Shown: positions 12,216 through 23,440 of the stretch, in pieces | How the letters are laid out: the number at the start of each line of letters is the position of its first letter | Position numbering within the stretch: position 1 is the first letter of the stretch | From: Azolla caroliniana | Lineage: Eukaryota; Plantae; Polypodiophyta | Direction of reading: 5' to 3' | Length of the DNA: 64,000 nt | Assembly: GCA_043228905.1 (NCBI GenBank) | Contig: JBHGNT010000004.1 | Span: forward strand, 9,238,001-9,302,000 | Made by a program: the position numbers and the translations under genes | The notes under the pieces: generated by a model | Database searches by the model: none | Told to the model about the DNA's origin: nothing | What the model saw: the letters and a program-made list of their open reading frames with translations, nothing else

Positions 12216-15200
12216 AGTAAAAACAAATAGCGTGTGGAAGCAATAAAAAAACAGAAAACAGAGAACAGGTTTAATGGAGAGCTTAACAGTATGCGGGAGA
12301 GATAGAGAGAGAACAAGAATCTCTATTCAAAAATTATATCAACACTCTGTACATCGTATGTGTTCAGCGAACACTTTTATACAGGTCCATACGAACTGAC
12401 AGAAGTATAGTGTACTTCAATGCTCACTCGAGCGTCTGACACTAACTACGAGAGTAATAACTCCCTAGTAGTCTAGCTGCTACTAGGCTTCCGGTTACTG
12501 ATGGATCCGGCTAACCGGCTCCCTAGCTCACCGGCTCTTTTGCTCACCGAGTGCTCACCGGCTCACCAATCCGTCTCGCTCACCGGCTCATGCTTATCTA
12601 GCCGATCCGGCTCCAATTGAGCTTGCCGCTCAACACTCCCCCTCAAGCTCAACTTGGGGTCCGGTCGTAGTGTCAACGTCTGTGGCAACCGGTCCTTCTG
12701 CCCGGCTCCTTCTGGCGTCACTCCGCCTTGCTCGCGATCCTCGTCCGGTCCGGTTCTGTTTGCCGCGAACCCTCTTGTTCTACGCACCTCGACCTCCTTG
12801 GACCTACTTGTCTGCTCAACAGGCCCAATTGAGCTCCCTCGCTGCTGTGACTTCGGTGCGTGCCGGTTCGCCGATTCCTTCGTGTTGGCGTCGACTTTCG
12901 CTGCCTTCTTGTCCTCTTGGCCTTGAATTGATCTGGTTCTTCCGAATTTGTCTGTTGAACCGAATCGATTGTCTCCGATTCGTTGCAGCTCTTGTCTGAA
13001 TCGGTTGCTCCCGATTCGTCTTCTGGTTCCAGGCCCTTCACCATATCGGACCATGTCCGAGTCTTGGCCTTCTTCTTCCGGTCGGCTCTGTCCTTCTTGA
13101 CTCTGCCGTTGCTGCCGCTTGTTCCGACTTGTTCGGATGTGTCAACTTCCTTTGTCAACTCGGCTCCTTTCTTCTTCTTGACTCTCCCTTCGTCCGTTCT
13201 TCCCTCACCGGCGCAATCGGCAATCTCTTTGCCTTTGCTCGTTCCGGTGTCTTTCCCGAGATGCTGAACACCAAGCATTTCGGTGAAGTGTTGCAACTTG
13301 TCCGATCTGAGTGGTTTCGTGAAGATGTCGGCAACTTGCCGATACGTGTGAACATACCGAAGTTCGACCTTACCGCTCAGGACACGCTCACGCACGAAGT
13401 GATAGTGCACTTCTATGTGCTTTGTGCGAGCATGGAATACAGGGTTCTTGGCGAGCTGCATGCTACTTATGTTGTCACAGTAGATCAGAATTGGGGTCGG
13501 TACCTCGATCCGTAGGTCTTGCATTAGTCGCCGAAGCCAAATGGCTTCACAGGTGGCAATGGTAACGCCCCGATACTCAGCCTCAGTGCTCGACAGAGCA
13601 ACTGTTGGCTGCTTTTTGCTGCTCCACGCAACAACTGCGCTACCTAGGGAAAACATGTAACTGGAGGTTGATCGGCGATCTGATGCATCACCGGCCCAGT
13701 CGGCATTTGTGTAACCGACCAGCTCTTCGGTTATACCGTGCCGGTATAACAGTCCCCGGTCCTTTGTGCCGCTAACATACTGCAGTATTCGGTGCGCGCA
13801 GTGAAGATGCTCCACGGTCGGCTTCTGCATGAATTGGCTAATCACACCAACCTGATAGCTGATGTCCGGTCGGGTGATGGTCAAATATATAAGGCTTCTA
13901 ACAATTTGTCGAAACTGTTTCTCATCGCAGGCCGGTCCAAAGTCGAGACGGAGCTTCTGGTTGTGGTCCAGGGGAGTAAAGATAGGTCGGCATTCCGTCA
14001 TGCCGAACTTGTACAACATATTCAACACATAGTGCCTTTGTGAGAGCAATATGCCGTCGGGGGTTCGGATCACCTCGATCCCAAGAAAATAATGAAGGTC
14101 CCCCAGGTTCTTCATCTCAAACGCATACGACAACTTGGACTTGACTCAGCTAATTTCATCGAGTCCGGGTCCGGTGATGACCAGATCATCAACGTACAAC
14201 AAGATGCAAACCGGACCGTCCGGACCTTGGCGGATGAACAACGAAGAGTCGGACTTGGAGGCCGCAAACCCCATCTTACACAACCGGTGCGTGATCTTCG
14301 CATTCCAAGCTCGGGGGGCTTGCTTAAGGCCATAAAGGGACTTCTTCAGCCGGCATACCGCCGACTTGTTCATCTCTGTCTGGAAACCGGGGGGTTGTAT
14401 CATAAAGACCTCTTCTTCAAGATCTCCTTGAAGAAATGCATTCTTCACATCCATCTGGTGAAGATGCCACCCCCTTGCTGCTGCAACCGCCAGCACCACA
14501 CGAACCATCGTCATCTTCGCTACCGGAGCGAAGGTCTCATCGTAGTCGATTCCGTGGGTCTATGCGTATCCCTTCGCCACTAACCGGGCCTTGTACTAGT
14601 TAACTGAACCGTCAACATTGTACTTTACCTTGTACACCCACTTGCATTCGATCGGTTTACTGTGACGGGGAGGGTCAACTAGGTCCCATGTATCGTTGGC
14701 ATCAAGTGCCCGCATCTCTTCTTCCATAGCGGCATGCCAATGTGCGTCCTTTCCCGCTTCTGCGTAGTTCTCTGGCTCACGCACATTCGCCCCCTTGGTC
14801 ATGTATGCATAGTGATGCACCATGTACTCATTGTATCCGTACCGCTTAACAGGTTCCTTCTGGCGGGTTGACCGGCGTAACCTACCGTTACCCGGTTTGA
14901 TGCCCTTCTTGGCCGGTTCGGTCTTTGATGCCGAAGAACCGTCATTTTCCTTTCTGGAGTTGGATCCGCTTCGATCCGACTCATCAATACCAGTTCCGTA
15001 ATCCAGCATCTTCTTCTTCCCCTTCTCTTTGCTCGTGAACCGTCTCCTCGGTTCCTTGCACGGGGAGAGCACGACAGAGTCTTCACTACTCGCTGGTTCT
15101 TCTTATGACTGGTCGGATTGACCTAGTCTCTCCTTCGGCCCACTCAACCGAAACGATTCCGGACTCTCTTCTTGAGTCTCAGATTCATCATCTTCTAACT

Positions 15201-16441
15201 GGACCGGTTAAGGCTCACTAGCCTCATCCTCCGATATCAGGTCGGGGTCAGAAGTCGGAGCTGGTAAGGCATACCATGATGCGGCTAACTCGGACCTGCT
15301 TCGTCCGGGGGTTATAACACTTATACGCCTTTTGCTCATGTGAGTAGCCGACGAGGATGCACTTCTCCGATTTTGCATCCAGCTTCCTCCGCTTCTCATC
15401 CGGCACATGCACATATGCTATGTTGGTGAAAAATGACAGCGTATTCTCCCTCGTACATACTGCTGTCCGGAAAGCTCGGAACTTAGACGCTAGGCCCCCA
15501 AGACAGACCTATACCATCTCCTCTTCCTCTACAGTGACGTTGATAGAGGCAAGCGAGTCACAGATCTCTTTGATTCGGGTCGTGTAATCAGCCACCGACA
15601 TGTTCTTCTGTCGGACATTGCTCAACTCCTGTCGGAGTTGCAGCTTTCGGGTTGTGGTGCTTGTGGCGAACACCTTCTTTAGGTTTCCCCAAGCCTCTTT
15701 CGGCATCCCGGCATCTTGGACCTGGCTCAGTAGCTGGTCTGTCACACTGGATGCAAAGTAGTACATCACTCTACTTGCCGATTGTTCCCACACCGGGAAG
15801 TCCTTGTGTGCCGCATCAGGTGCTGTGTCGTTAGCTCTGTCGACATAGCTCTAGTAACCATGCCCAAGTAGGTACTGGTGTATCTTGTATGACCAAGATG
15901 TGTAGTTGGATCTATCACGCTTCTCCACCGGAAGCGAGCTAGCCATTCCTCTATCCATTGTTTTTTTTTTTCTTTTGTTCTTTACAAAGGTTAGGTTTTC
16001 TTCTTGCGAAAGAGAATGTTGGTTGTAGAGGTTCTCAACCCTTGCGCTCTGATACCATGTAAAAACAAATAGCCTGCGGAAGCAATGAAAAAACAGAAAA
16101 CAGAGAACAGGTTTAATGGAGAGCTTAACAGTACGCGGGAGCGACAAAGAGAGAGAACAAGAATCTCTATTCAAAAATTATATCAACACTCTGTACATCG
16201 TATGTGTTCAGCGAGCACTTTTATACAGGTCCATACGGATTGACAGAAGTACGATGTACTTCAATGCTCCCTAGTAGTCTAGCTACTACTAGGCTTCCGG
16301 TTACTGATGGATCCGGCTAACCGACTCCCCAACTCACTGGCTCTTTTGCTCACTGGGTGCTCACCGACTCACTGATCCGTCTCGCTCACCGGCTCAGGCT
16401 TATCCAGTCGATCTGGCTCCAATTGAGCTTTCCGCTCAACA
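12216..16441 (-). mobile_element. Ty1/Copia element D, internally deleted (gag C-terminus, protease and integrase core missing at about 15425)
   Basis: LTRs 12216-12635 and 16058-16441; TSD CCAAT/CCAAC; iMet PBS TGGTATCAGAGC 16046-16057; PPT 12636-12647; RT/RNase H ORFs 14146..14514 and 12718..14133. Confidence 0.93.
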
Positions 16442-19411
16442 CCAACACACCTAGAACGACATATTACATCTTCTAACAAAACTTTACATACAACTCTAGT
16501 TGTTTTTTGTCGTAGTGGTCTTCCTTCTACTTGGTTTGTAAGGTGTTCTCTTGCTAGTACAAAATATTGCATTTAACCTTCCCCAAGTGGCATTGTCACT
16601 AGCTCGACCATCCATTTATAATGCATTGATGATGAATATGTTGCTTTTAGCTCATCTCGATACCAAATAGTTGAATACCTCTGGCAGACCTCACAGGTTT
16701 CCACAAATTTCGTTACATCTTTATACATATGTGGCCACCAATACTCTTCTTTCAACTTCTTAGATGTCGCCCATATGTTACTATGTCCTGCCCACAAATA
16801 TCATGGAATTCAATAATTAATTTTGTCTTAATGTCATCCTTAAAAATGTCTCGAAGAGGATTTTTGGTTGGTCTTTTTAGACTCCTCCATAAATGCCCTT
16901 CATGTAAAAAAAAACTCGAATGCCCATCTTCGAAATTCATTTAATTGGTTATTCGACCATGATGGGTTGGCTTCTTCTGTCTTTAGAAAATTTCCTATTT
17001 CTAACCATTGACGTTCACACTCCGTGTCTTTGAACATTATGCTTACATTAAACTCATCATGAGGCTTAATAGATACTTGATCAGCAACTTGATGGCTTGT
17101 AGTTGCCCAATTATTATCTTCAGCTTGCATCACCTTTTCATTTATGAACCTTGCTCTTGACAGCATATCTGCGATTGGGTTCGCTTTGCCCTTTATTAAT
17201 GTATGCAATCCACCGAAGCATTGCAATATCTAGTGTCGTGCAACTTGCTATCATTCTAATGTTTCAACCACTACATCTGCTCCGATCAAGTAATCTCTAT
17301 CTGTTTTTAATGCATCAAGCAAGCCCCACAATTCTTGTTTCACTTGTGCATAATTTCTTTGTCTTTCATTTAATATCTTAGGTCCAAACCATATAGCATA
17401 TCGATGTTGGTATTCATCTTCTTGGTTGATAACCCAACCGATCCCAATTGGGCTAGTATCAACTGGAGCTTTTTATAATGCTTCTTTCGATTGTTGAACA
17501 ATGTGTGTATGTTCATTAGTCCAAATAAACTTCCTCCCTTTTCTTAAAAGTTGGTAGAGAGGATCTGATACATATGCAAAGTGTGGTAACCAAATATGAT
17601 AAAACACACATGCACCTAAAAATCTTCTCACCTCTGTTACCGATTCACAAACCTCCTTCATATTTTGTATTGCGTTAATTTTGATCGGTGAAGGCTTCCT
17701 GCCATACCAGCCACACATATGACCAACTATCAGAACTTCGTTCTTCACAAAGCTTAACTTTGTTCCTAATAGTGTTAAATGTACCTGCTCAAGCTTATTT
17801 AAAATACTTTCACAATCATTAATGTGATACATCACAAACTTTCTACAACCATTTCCAACCATAGTCTCATCTTTCTCTCTTTCTAAGCATCCCTTAAAAG
17901 GAATATCGTCTAAAAATGGCATAGTTACCTTTGGGATTGTAAAGAATTGGATATGATTCTTGTGAACTGGAAGAGATATGAGTTATGTGTGTGTATGAGA
18001 GAGAGAGACAAGGAATAAGACACAGAGAATACGCAAGGTAAAAGTATATTAACAAAGGAGAAGATTGAACCTCATACAAGGTGGGAGGAGGGTGCTTTAT
18101 ATAGTCACCCTCTCTAACTACAAGACTCATGGAGCATGGGGAATGTGAAAGCTCATAAGTTATGTGTCATAGAATATGATTCTATGACTCGTACTAAATG
18201 CTAGAATACAAAGTGGTGACTTAATGGTGACTCTTGACCGTTGGAGTGTCTATTCACTCTCAAGGTGAGTTCACACACTAAACCAAGTTGAGCTTGATTC
18301 TCAACACGCCCCCTCAAGCTCAAGTCGGGTCGGTTTTAGACGGTATCCGAAATCCGCTTCAACTCACGTTCTGGAGTCCGCGTCGACTCGCATTTATGCG
18401 GAGCTGCGGAATCCGTGCTCCAGCTTGCGTTGTGCATAGTTGTGAAGGTTATGCTTCGGCTTGCGTCTTTCTTCACGGCTTTGCGTGGTAGATCGACTCT
18501 TCGCGGCTTCGTTGCGTGGTTGCGTAATCCACGCGTTATTGTGTAATATCTTCAGTACTCCCCCTCAAGATTGGCAGGTCAGGGATCGTCAATCTGAGAT
18601 CGGTCATGAATTGCCACAGCTTGTCGGCTCCTAAGGCTTTAGTGAAGATGTCGGCCGTTTGAAGATTTGTGCTAATGTGTTGTAGGTCGACATCGCCAGC
18701 AAGAACGCGCTCTCGGATGAAGTGATACTGCACTTCGATGTGCTTTGTCCGCACGTGGAACACCGGGTTCCGAGCCAGATAGATACTGCTCATGTTGTCA
18801 CAGTAAAGGGAGGTCGGATCCTTGATGGGTATGCACAGATCCTTCAAAATCCTCTTGAGCCATACGGCTTCACACGCAGCTACAGTTGTGCCCCTGTATT
18901 CTGCCTCCGTACTAGAAAGAGGGACAGTCGGCTGCTTTTTGCTACTCCAGGATATTGCTCCGATGCCGAGGGAGGAAACAAATCCGGAGGTTGACCTTCT
19001 ATCGCCTTTGTAGCCGGCCCAATCGGCGTCTGTGTACCCCTTGAGTTGTATTGGCATTGCGGTCTTGTAGAGGATGCCGTAATCCATTGTGCCGCTCACG
19101 TATCGTAGAACTCGCTTAGCGCAATCCAAGTGAGCATCACGCGGTCTTTGCATGAATTGGCTAAGGAGACCGACCGGATAACTGAGATTGGGTCGAGTGA
19201 TCGTGAGGTAGATGAGACTCCCGATGAGTTGCCGATACTGAGTCGACTCACACACTTTAGTGCCGGAGTTCGCATCTAGTTTGAGATTGCGATCGAGCGG
19301 GGTTGCCGTGGATTTGCACTCAGCCATACCGAACTTGTATAACAAGTTGAGGATGTAGTGTCATTGAGAGATCAGGATTCCGGCCGGAGTCCAAATTACC
19401 TCGATGTTGAG

Positions 19412-20157
19412 TGTGAAAGTGTTTTTAGAATCTAAGCCATTGAACATTAGGAGAATATAAAGTATAGATAATTCACCTTTTGAGGATAAGAACACGAACT
19501 AAGACCTTAGGGAAGAAGTCAAAAGTAAAAGTACGAGACCAAGAGAAAAGTAAAAAGAGAAAACGCAGACTATAAAAAACAGTAAAAATAGAATGGTCAT
19601 AACTCCCTCGTTGTTTATCCAAATATCACGTTTAAATATGGATTAGAAAGCTTGTAAAAAGAGCTTTCTATAGCTTTTTAAATCGCTTAATTTGGATTTC
19701 GGATGAGGGAGATATGACGATTAGAAGGTTGATGTGTCATAGCTAAAAATAGGGAGATAAAAAGCTTCTAAAAATAGCATGAACGTGGATAAGAAGAGGA
19801 AGGTTATAAAAGAAGAAGTAATATGAGTGAGAGGGGGAAAGAGTGAAGGCCAAAGAGTGGATGAGGAGTGTTAGGAAGAAGTGTCTTTGTGGAAGAGGAA
19901 GTGTCTTAGAAGAGGAAGGTCTTTGGTTTTAGTTCAATGTGGAGTTTGTCTCCTTTGTATTCTCTTGATGTTGGAATATCAGAACATTCTTATTTCTTGC
20001 TCGCTTTCTCTATCTTTTTTCTTAGTTTCTTGAGTTATACTCTCTAATCATAATTACCTAGAGCTATATAATATATTATGATTTTCAACTCCATCTAATC
20101 GGTTTGGTCAAGCCCTCATATAGTGTATAACTATCTATTATCTTATACACCCTATCA
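19412..20157 (+). repeat. LTR1 of element P
   Basis: TGTGAAAG...CCTATCA; by eye differs from LTR2 and LTR3 at one base (19623, A vs C). Confidence 0.95.
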
Positions 20158-20160
20158 TTT

Positions 20161-20177
20161 TGGCGCTCCAGGGAGGG
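20161..20177 (+). promoter_or_regulatory. Primer binding site of P, probably tRNA-Asn type (second copy 23357-23373)
   Basis: TGGCGCTCCAGGGAGGG 3 nt after the LTR; resembles the Asn-type PBS TGGCGCTAGAAGGAGGG. Confidence 0.6.
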
Positions 20178-20244
20178 CCGATCCTTTCCGTATAGGAAGA
20201 GAAGTTATCATTTAATTGTGTTACTATATTACATTAACTTAGCT

Positions 20245-22329
20245 ATGCAATTTGCATTTTCGGGTGAAAGAACACAAGATGCTGGTGCCTTTTTGGCATG
20301 CTTTGAGCATCATGCCATATCTATTGGACGCATCACCGACAACGAAAAGTTGCCCTTGTTGGTAGCTACATTCTATGGTCGTGCTCGAGATTGGTATGAC
20401 TCTCTTCCGCAAAATGAACAAGGAGAATATCAATTATTGGTGCATCAATTTCGTACAAGATATATTCAATGGAAAAGTGCAACTGAGGTAAGGGAGGAGC
20501 TTTTTCAACTAAAGATGGAATCACCTTTTGGTTTTTTAGAGTATGAACGAAATTTCCAAGAATTGTGGACGACGTGGATTCGTCTTCGTGGTGGCACCGA
20601 AGACGAGTGGTTTAAGATAGAACAATTTAAGGTGGGCCTTGATATGCATTTCCGTTTGGAGGCAAGCTTGAAGGATCCAACGACTTTTCAAGCTCTTCTC
20701 CAAGTTTGTCAAGATTATGATCGACAAGTGAAGATGATGAGTTCCATGGGGGATCCCCAAATGACGGCTTTGGGTGCAAATTTGATGCCTCGTGCCAACT
20801 TTCAAGCCTCATCTTCAATTGTGCATGGGGGACAAGTGTTTCCAAATGTGTATACCACCACAACAATAAACCCAACAAGTATATCCCAAGAAGTTGAACA
20901 AGTGAAGAGTGAACAAGATACAATGGCGTTGGTGAATCGGCGCTTTGATGAAGTGATGGCCCACTTGCAACAATCCCAAGCAATTCGCAACACTATTCCC
21001 GATGGTGGTGGCTCTAGAGGGCATCAAGGTGTAATTTGTTATTCTTGTCAAGAGGAGAGACACATCTCAACAAGATGTCCTCATCGACAACAAAGAGGTA
21101 TGGAAAGAGACATGTATGAAGTGCAACGGAATGGACAACGACCTATCAACAATGGAGTCGAAGGAGGCGAATCCATAACACTTCCAATGACTCAGGTTCC
21201 TACAATTCCTCATAATGTGAATCTTCTTAATTTTATTGATGATAGTGATAGTGCTTGTGAAGTAGCTCTTGTGAAAAGGACAAGAGCCTCGCAAAAGGAG
21301 AAAGAAGTTGAAGGAGAATCTAGTGACTCAAGACAAAAGAAGAAGTCTAAGGAGAATGAGAAAGAGGACAAATTGAGAAGGAGACACTCTAGAAGGAAGA
21401 TAAAGATGGAGGATATTCCTATGGGAGAAGGTGTAGAATCTTTCAATCGGAAGCATGAATTGATATCGAGTGGACCAAGGATAACATGGCCGCAACTTCT
21501 CCAATTATCATCCACATTACAAAATGAGTGGGGGAGGCTTGTGAGTATTTGCCAAAGTCAAAAGACCGTGCATTACGTGGGGATCATGCGAGTAGAAGAT
21601 CGAAAGGACATACGTCCAATCATCCCTGTCTCCATCAAAGGGGTTCACATCAAAGATGCCTTGGGTGATAGTGGTGCTAGGGTAAGCTTGATTTCTGAAT
21701 TTGTAGTAAACAAAGTAGGAATTCCTATTAGTAGGTCATCTTCAACAAGGGTGGTTGTAGTAGATAGTGGAGTGGTGCATTGCACAAGCATAGTGGAGGA
21801 TGTGTTCATCAAGTGTTTTGGAATAAGAGGAGAAGCTTGCAACAAATACCACATCAACTTGAAGGAAAGTGTATCAATTTCCCCAAAGCTTCGGCAATTG
21901 AGTGTTGAACAAAAGGAAGAATTTATGCAAGAGTTCAACGCATGGTTACAAGAAAGTTCCAATTATAAGATGGAAGATTTGAGGTGTGTGTCACCTATAG
22001 TTTTGGTTCCAAAGAAGAATGAGATCAATTTCAAAGCCTTGAATGATTCGACCAAACGAGATGAATTTTCACTTCCTTCTCGAGATGAGATTGTCGATAA
22101 AATGGTTGTTTATACAAAACAAGGTAGTGTGGACAATATGTTGTGCCAAAAAGGATTTCATGTGGATGATTCAAAGATTAACATAATTACAAAGATGACA
22201 ATTCCGACAAGTCTTGAAGCTTTGAAAGTATTTGTGCAAAAGGTGCGCTCGCTCGAAAGATTCATTTATATGTTGACATGCTTACTGCTATCAAGAGTGA
22301 TGTATCCCATGGCCCTACTAGTCTTTTGA
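20245..22329 (+). CDS. Intact Gag - CCHC zinc knuckle - aspartic protease - truncated RT fusion (694 aa from the first ATG)
   Basis: Capsid-like FSGERTQDAGAFL and RARDWYDSLP; CYSCQEERHISTRC; ALGDSGARVSLI; RT N-terminus SPIVLVPKKN...ALNDSTKRDEFSLP joined to thumb-like GFHVDDSKI...RFI. No YxDD, RNase H or integrase. Confidence 0.85.
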   Translation: MQFAFSGERTQDAGAFLACFEHHAISIGRITDNEKLPLLVATFYGRARDWYDSLPQNEQGEYQLLVHQFRTRYIQWKSATEVREELFQLKMESPFGFLEYERNFQELWTTWIRLRGGTEDEWFKIEQFKVGLDMHFRLEASLKDPTTFQALLQVCQDYDRQVKMMSSMGDPQMTALGANLMPRANFQASSSIVHGGQVFPNVYTTTTINPTSISQEVEQVKSEQDTMALVNRRFDEVMAHLQQSQAIRNTIPDGGGSRGHQGVICYSCQEERHISTRCPHRQQRGMERDMYEVQRNGQRPINNGVEGGESITLPMTQVPTIPHNVNLLNFIDDSDSACEVALVKRTRASQKEKEVEGESSDSRQKKKSKENEKEDKLRRRHSRRKIKMEDIPMGEGVESFNRKHELISSGPRITWPQLLQLSSTLQNEWGRLVSICQSQKTVHYVGIMRVEDRKDIRPIIPVSIKGVHIKDALGDSGARVSLISEFVVNKVGIPISRSSSTRVVVVDSGVVHCTSIVEDVFIKCFGIRGEACNKYHINLKESVSISPKLRQLSVEQKEEFMQEFNAWLQESSNYKMEDLRCVSPIVLVPKKNEINFKALNDSTKRDEFSLPSRDEIVDKMVVYTKQGSVDNMLCQKGFHVDDSKINIITKMTIPTSLEALKVFVQKVRSLERFIYMLTCLLLSRVMYPMALLVF

Positions 22330-22591
22330 GCGTTAACGAAGACATAATGATTGTGGTAACCTCTTTCTTTGTGTTGACAAGGAGAAAGATGATGATGGAA
22401 TTGTCAATGTGTGTGTGGGTGTGTCTAGGAGTGTGAGGTTTTTCCTACCGACTAGCGGGGGTTTTACTCACATAGTTTGTTTCTTTTTATTATATCTCTC
22501 TCATTGTCTATAGCCAAGAGATTGGCGAGAGAGCTTTTGTTTGTTAAGTACTGCCAATAAGTGCTTCGCCATAAATGGCTTAGCCTCTAAC

Positions 22592-22607
22592 AAGGGGGAG
22601 GGCTAAA
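22592..22607 (+). promoter_or_regulatory. Polypurine tract of P (second copy 25788-25803)
   Basis: AAGGGGGAGGGCTAAA immediately before the LTR TG. Confidence 0.85.
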
Positions 22608-23353
22608 TGTGAAAGTGTTTTTAGAATCTAAGCCATTGAACATTAGGAGAATATAAAGTATAGATAATTCACCTTTTGAGGATAAGAACACGAACTAAGA
22701 CCTTAGGGAAGAAGTCAAAAGTAAAAGTACGAGACCAAGAGAAAAGTAAAAAGAGAAAACGCAGACTATAAAAAACAGTAAAAATAGAATGGTCATAACT
22801 CCCTCGTTGTTTATCCAACTATCACGTTTAAATATGGATTAGAAAGCTTGTAAAAAGAGCTTTCTATAGCTTTTTAAATCGCTTAATTTGGATTTCGGAT
22901 GAGGGAGATATGACGATTAGAAGGTTGATGTGTCATAGCTAAAAATAGGGAGATAAAAAGCTTCTAAAAATAGCATGAACGTGGATAAGAAGAGGAAGGT
23001 TATAAAAGAAGAAGTAATATGAGTGAGAGGGGGAAAGAGTGAAGGCCAAAGAGTGGATGAGGAGTGTTAGGAAGAAGTGTCTTTGTGGAAGAGGAAGTGT
23101 CTTAGAAGAGGAAGGTCTTTGGTTTTAGTTCAATGTGGAGTTTGTCTCCTTTGTATTCTCTTGATGTTGGAATATCAGAACATTCTTATTTCTTGCTCGC
23201 TTTCTCTATCTTTTTTCTTAGTTTCTTGAGTTATACTCTCTAATCATAATTACCTAGAGCTATATAATATATTATGATTTTCAACTCCATCTAATCGGTT
23301 TGGTCAAGCCCTCATATAGTGTATAACTATCTATTATCTTATACACCCTATCA
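22608..23353 (+). repeat. LTR2 (shared, central) of element P
   Basis: Preceded by a PPT and followed by a PBS. Confidence 0.95.
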
Positions 23354-23440
23354 TTTTGGCGCTCCAGGGAGGGCCGATCCTTTCCGTATAGGAAGAGAAG
23401 TTATCATTTAATTGTGTTACTATATTACATTAACTTAGCT

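Noticed and set aside
12718-13250. Post-RNase H extension as an env-like gene
   Set aside because: Highly charged low-complexity sequence with no signal peptide or transmembrane stretch.
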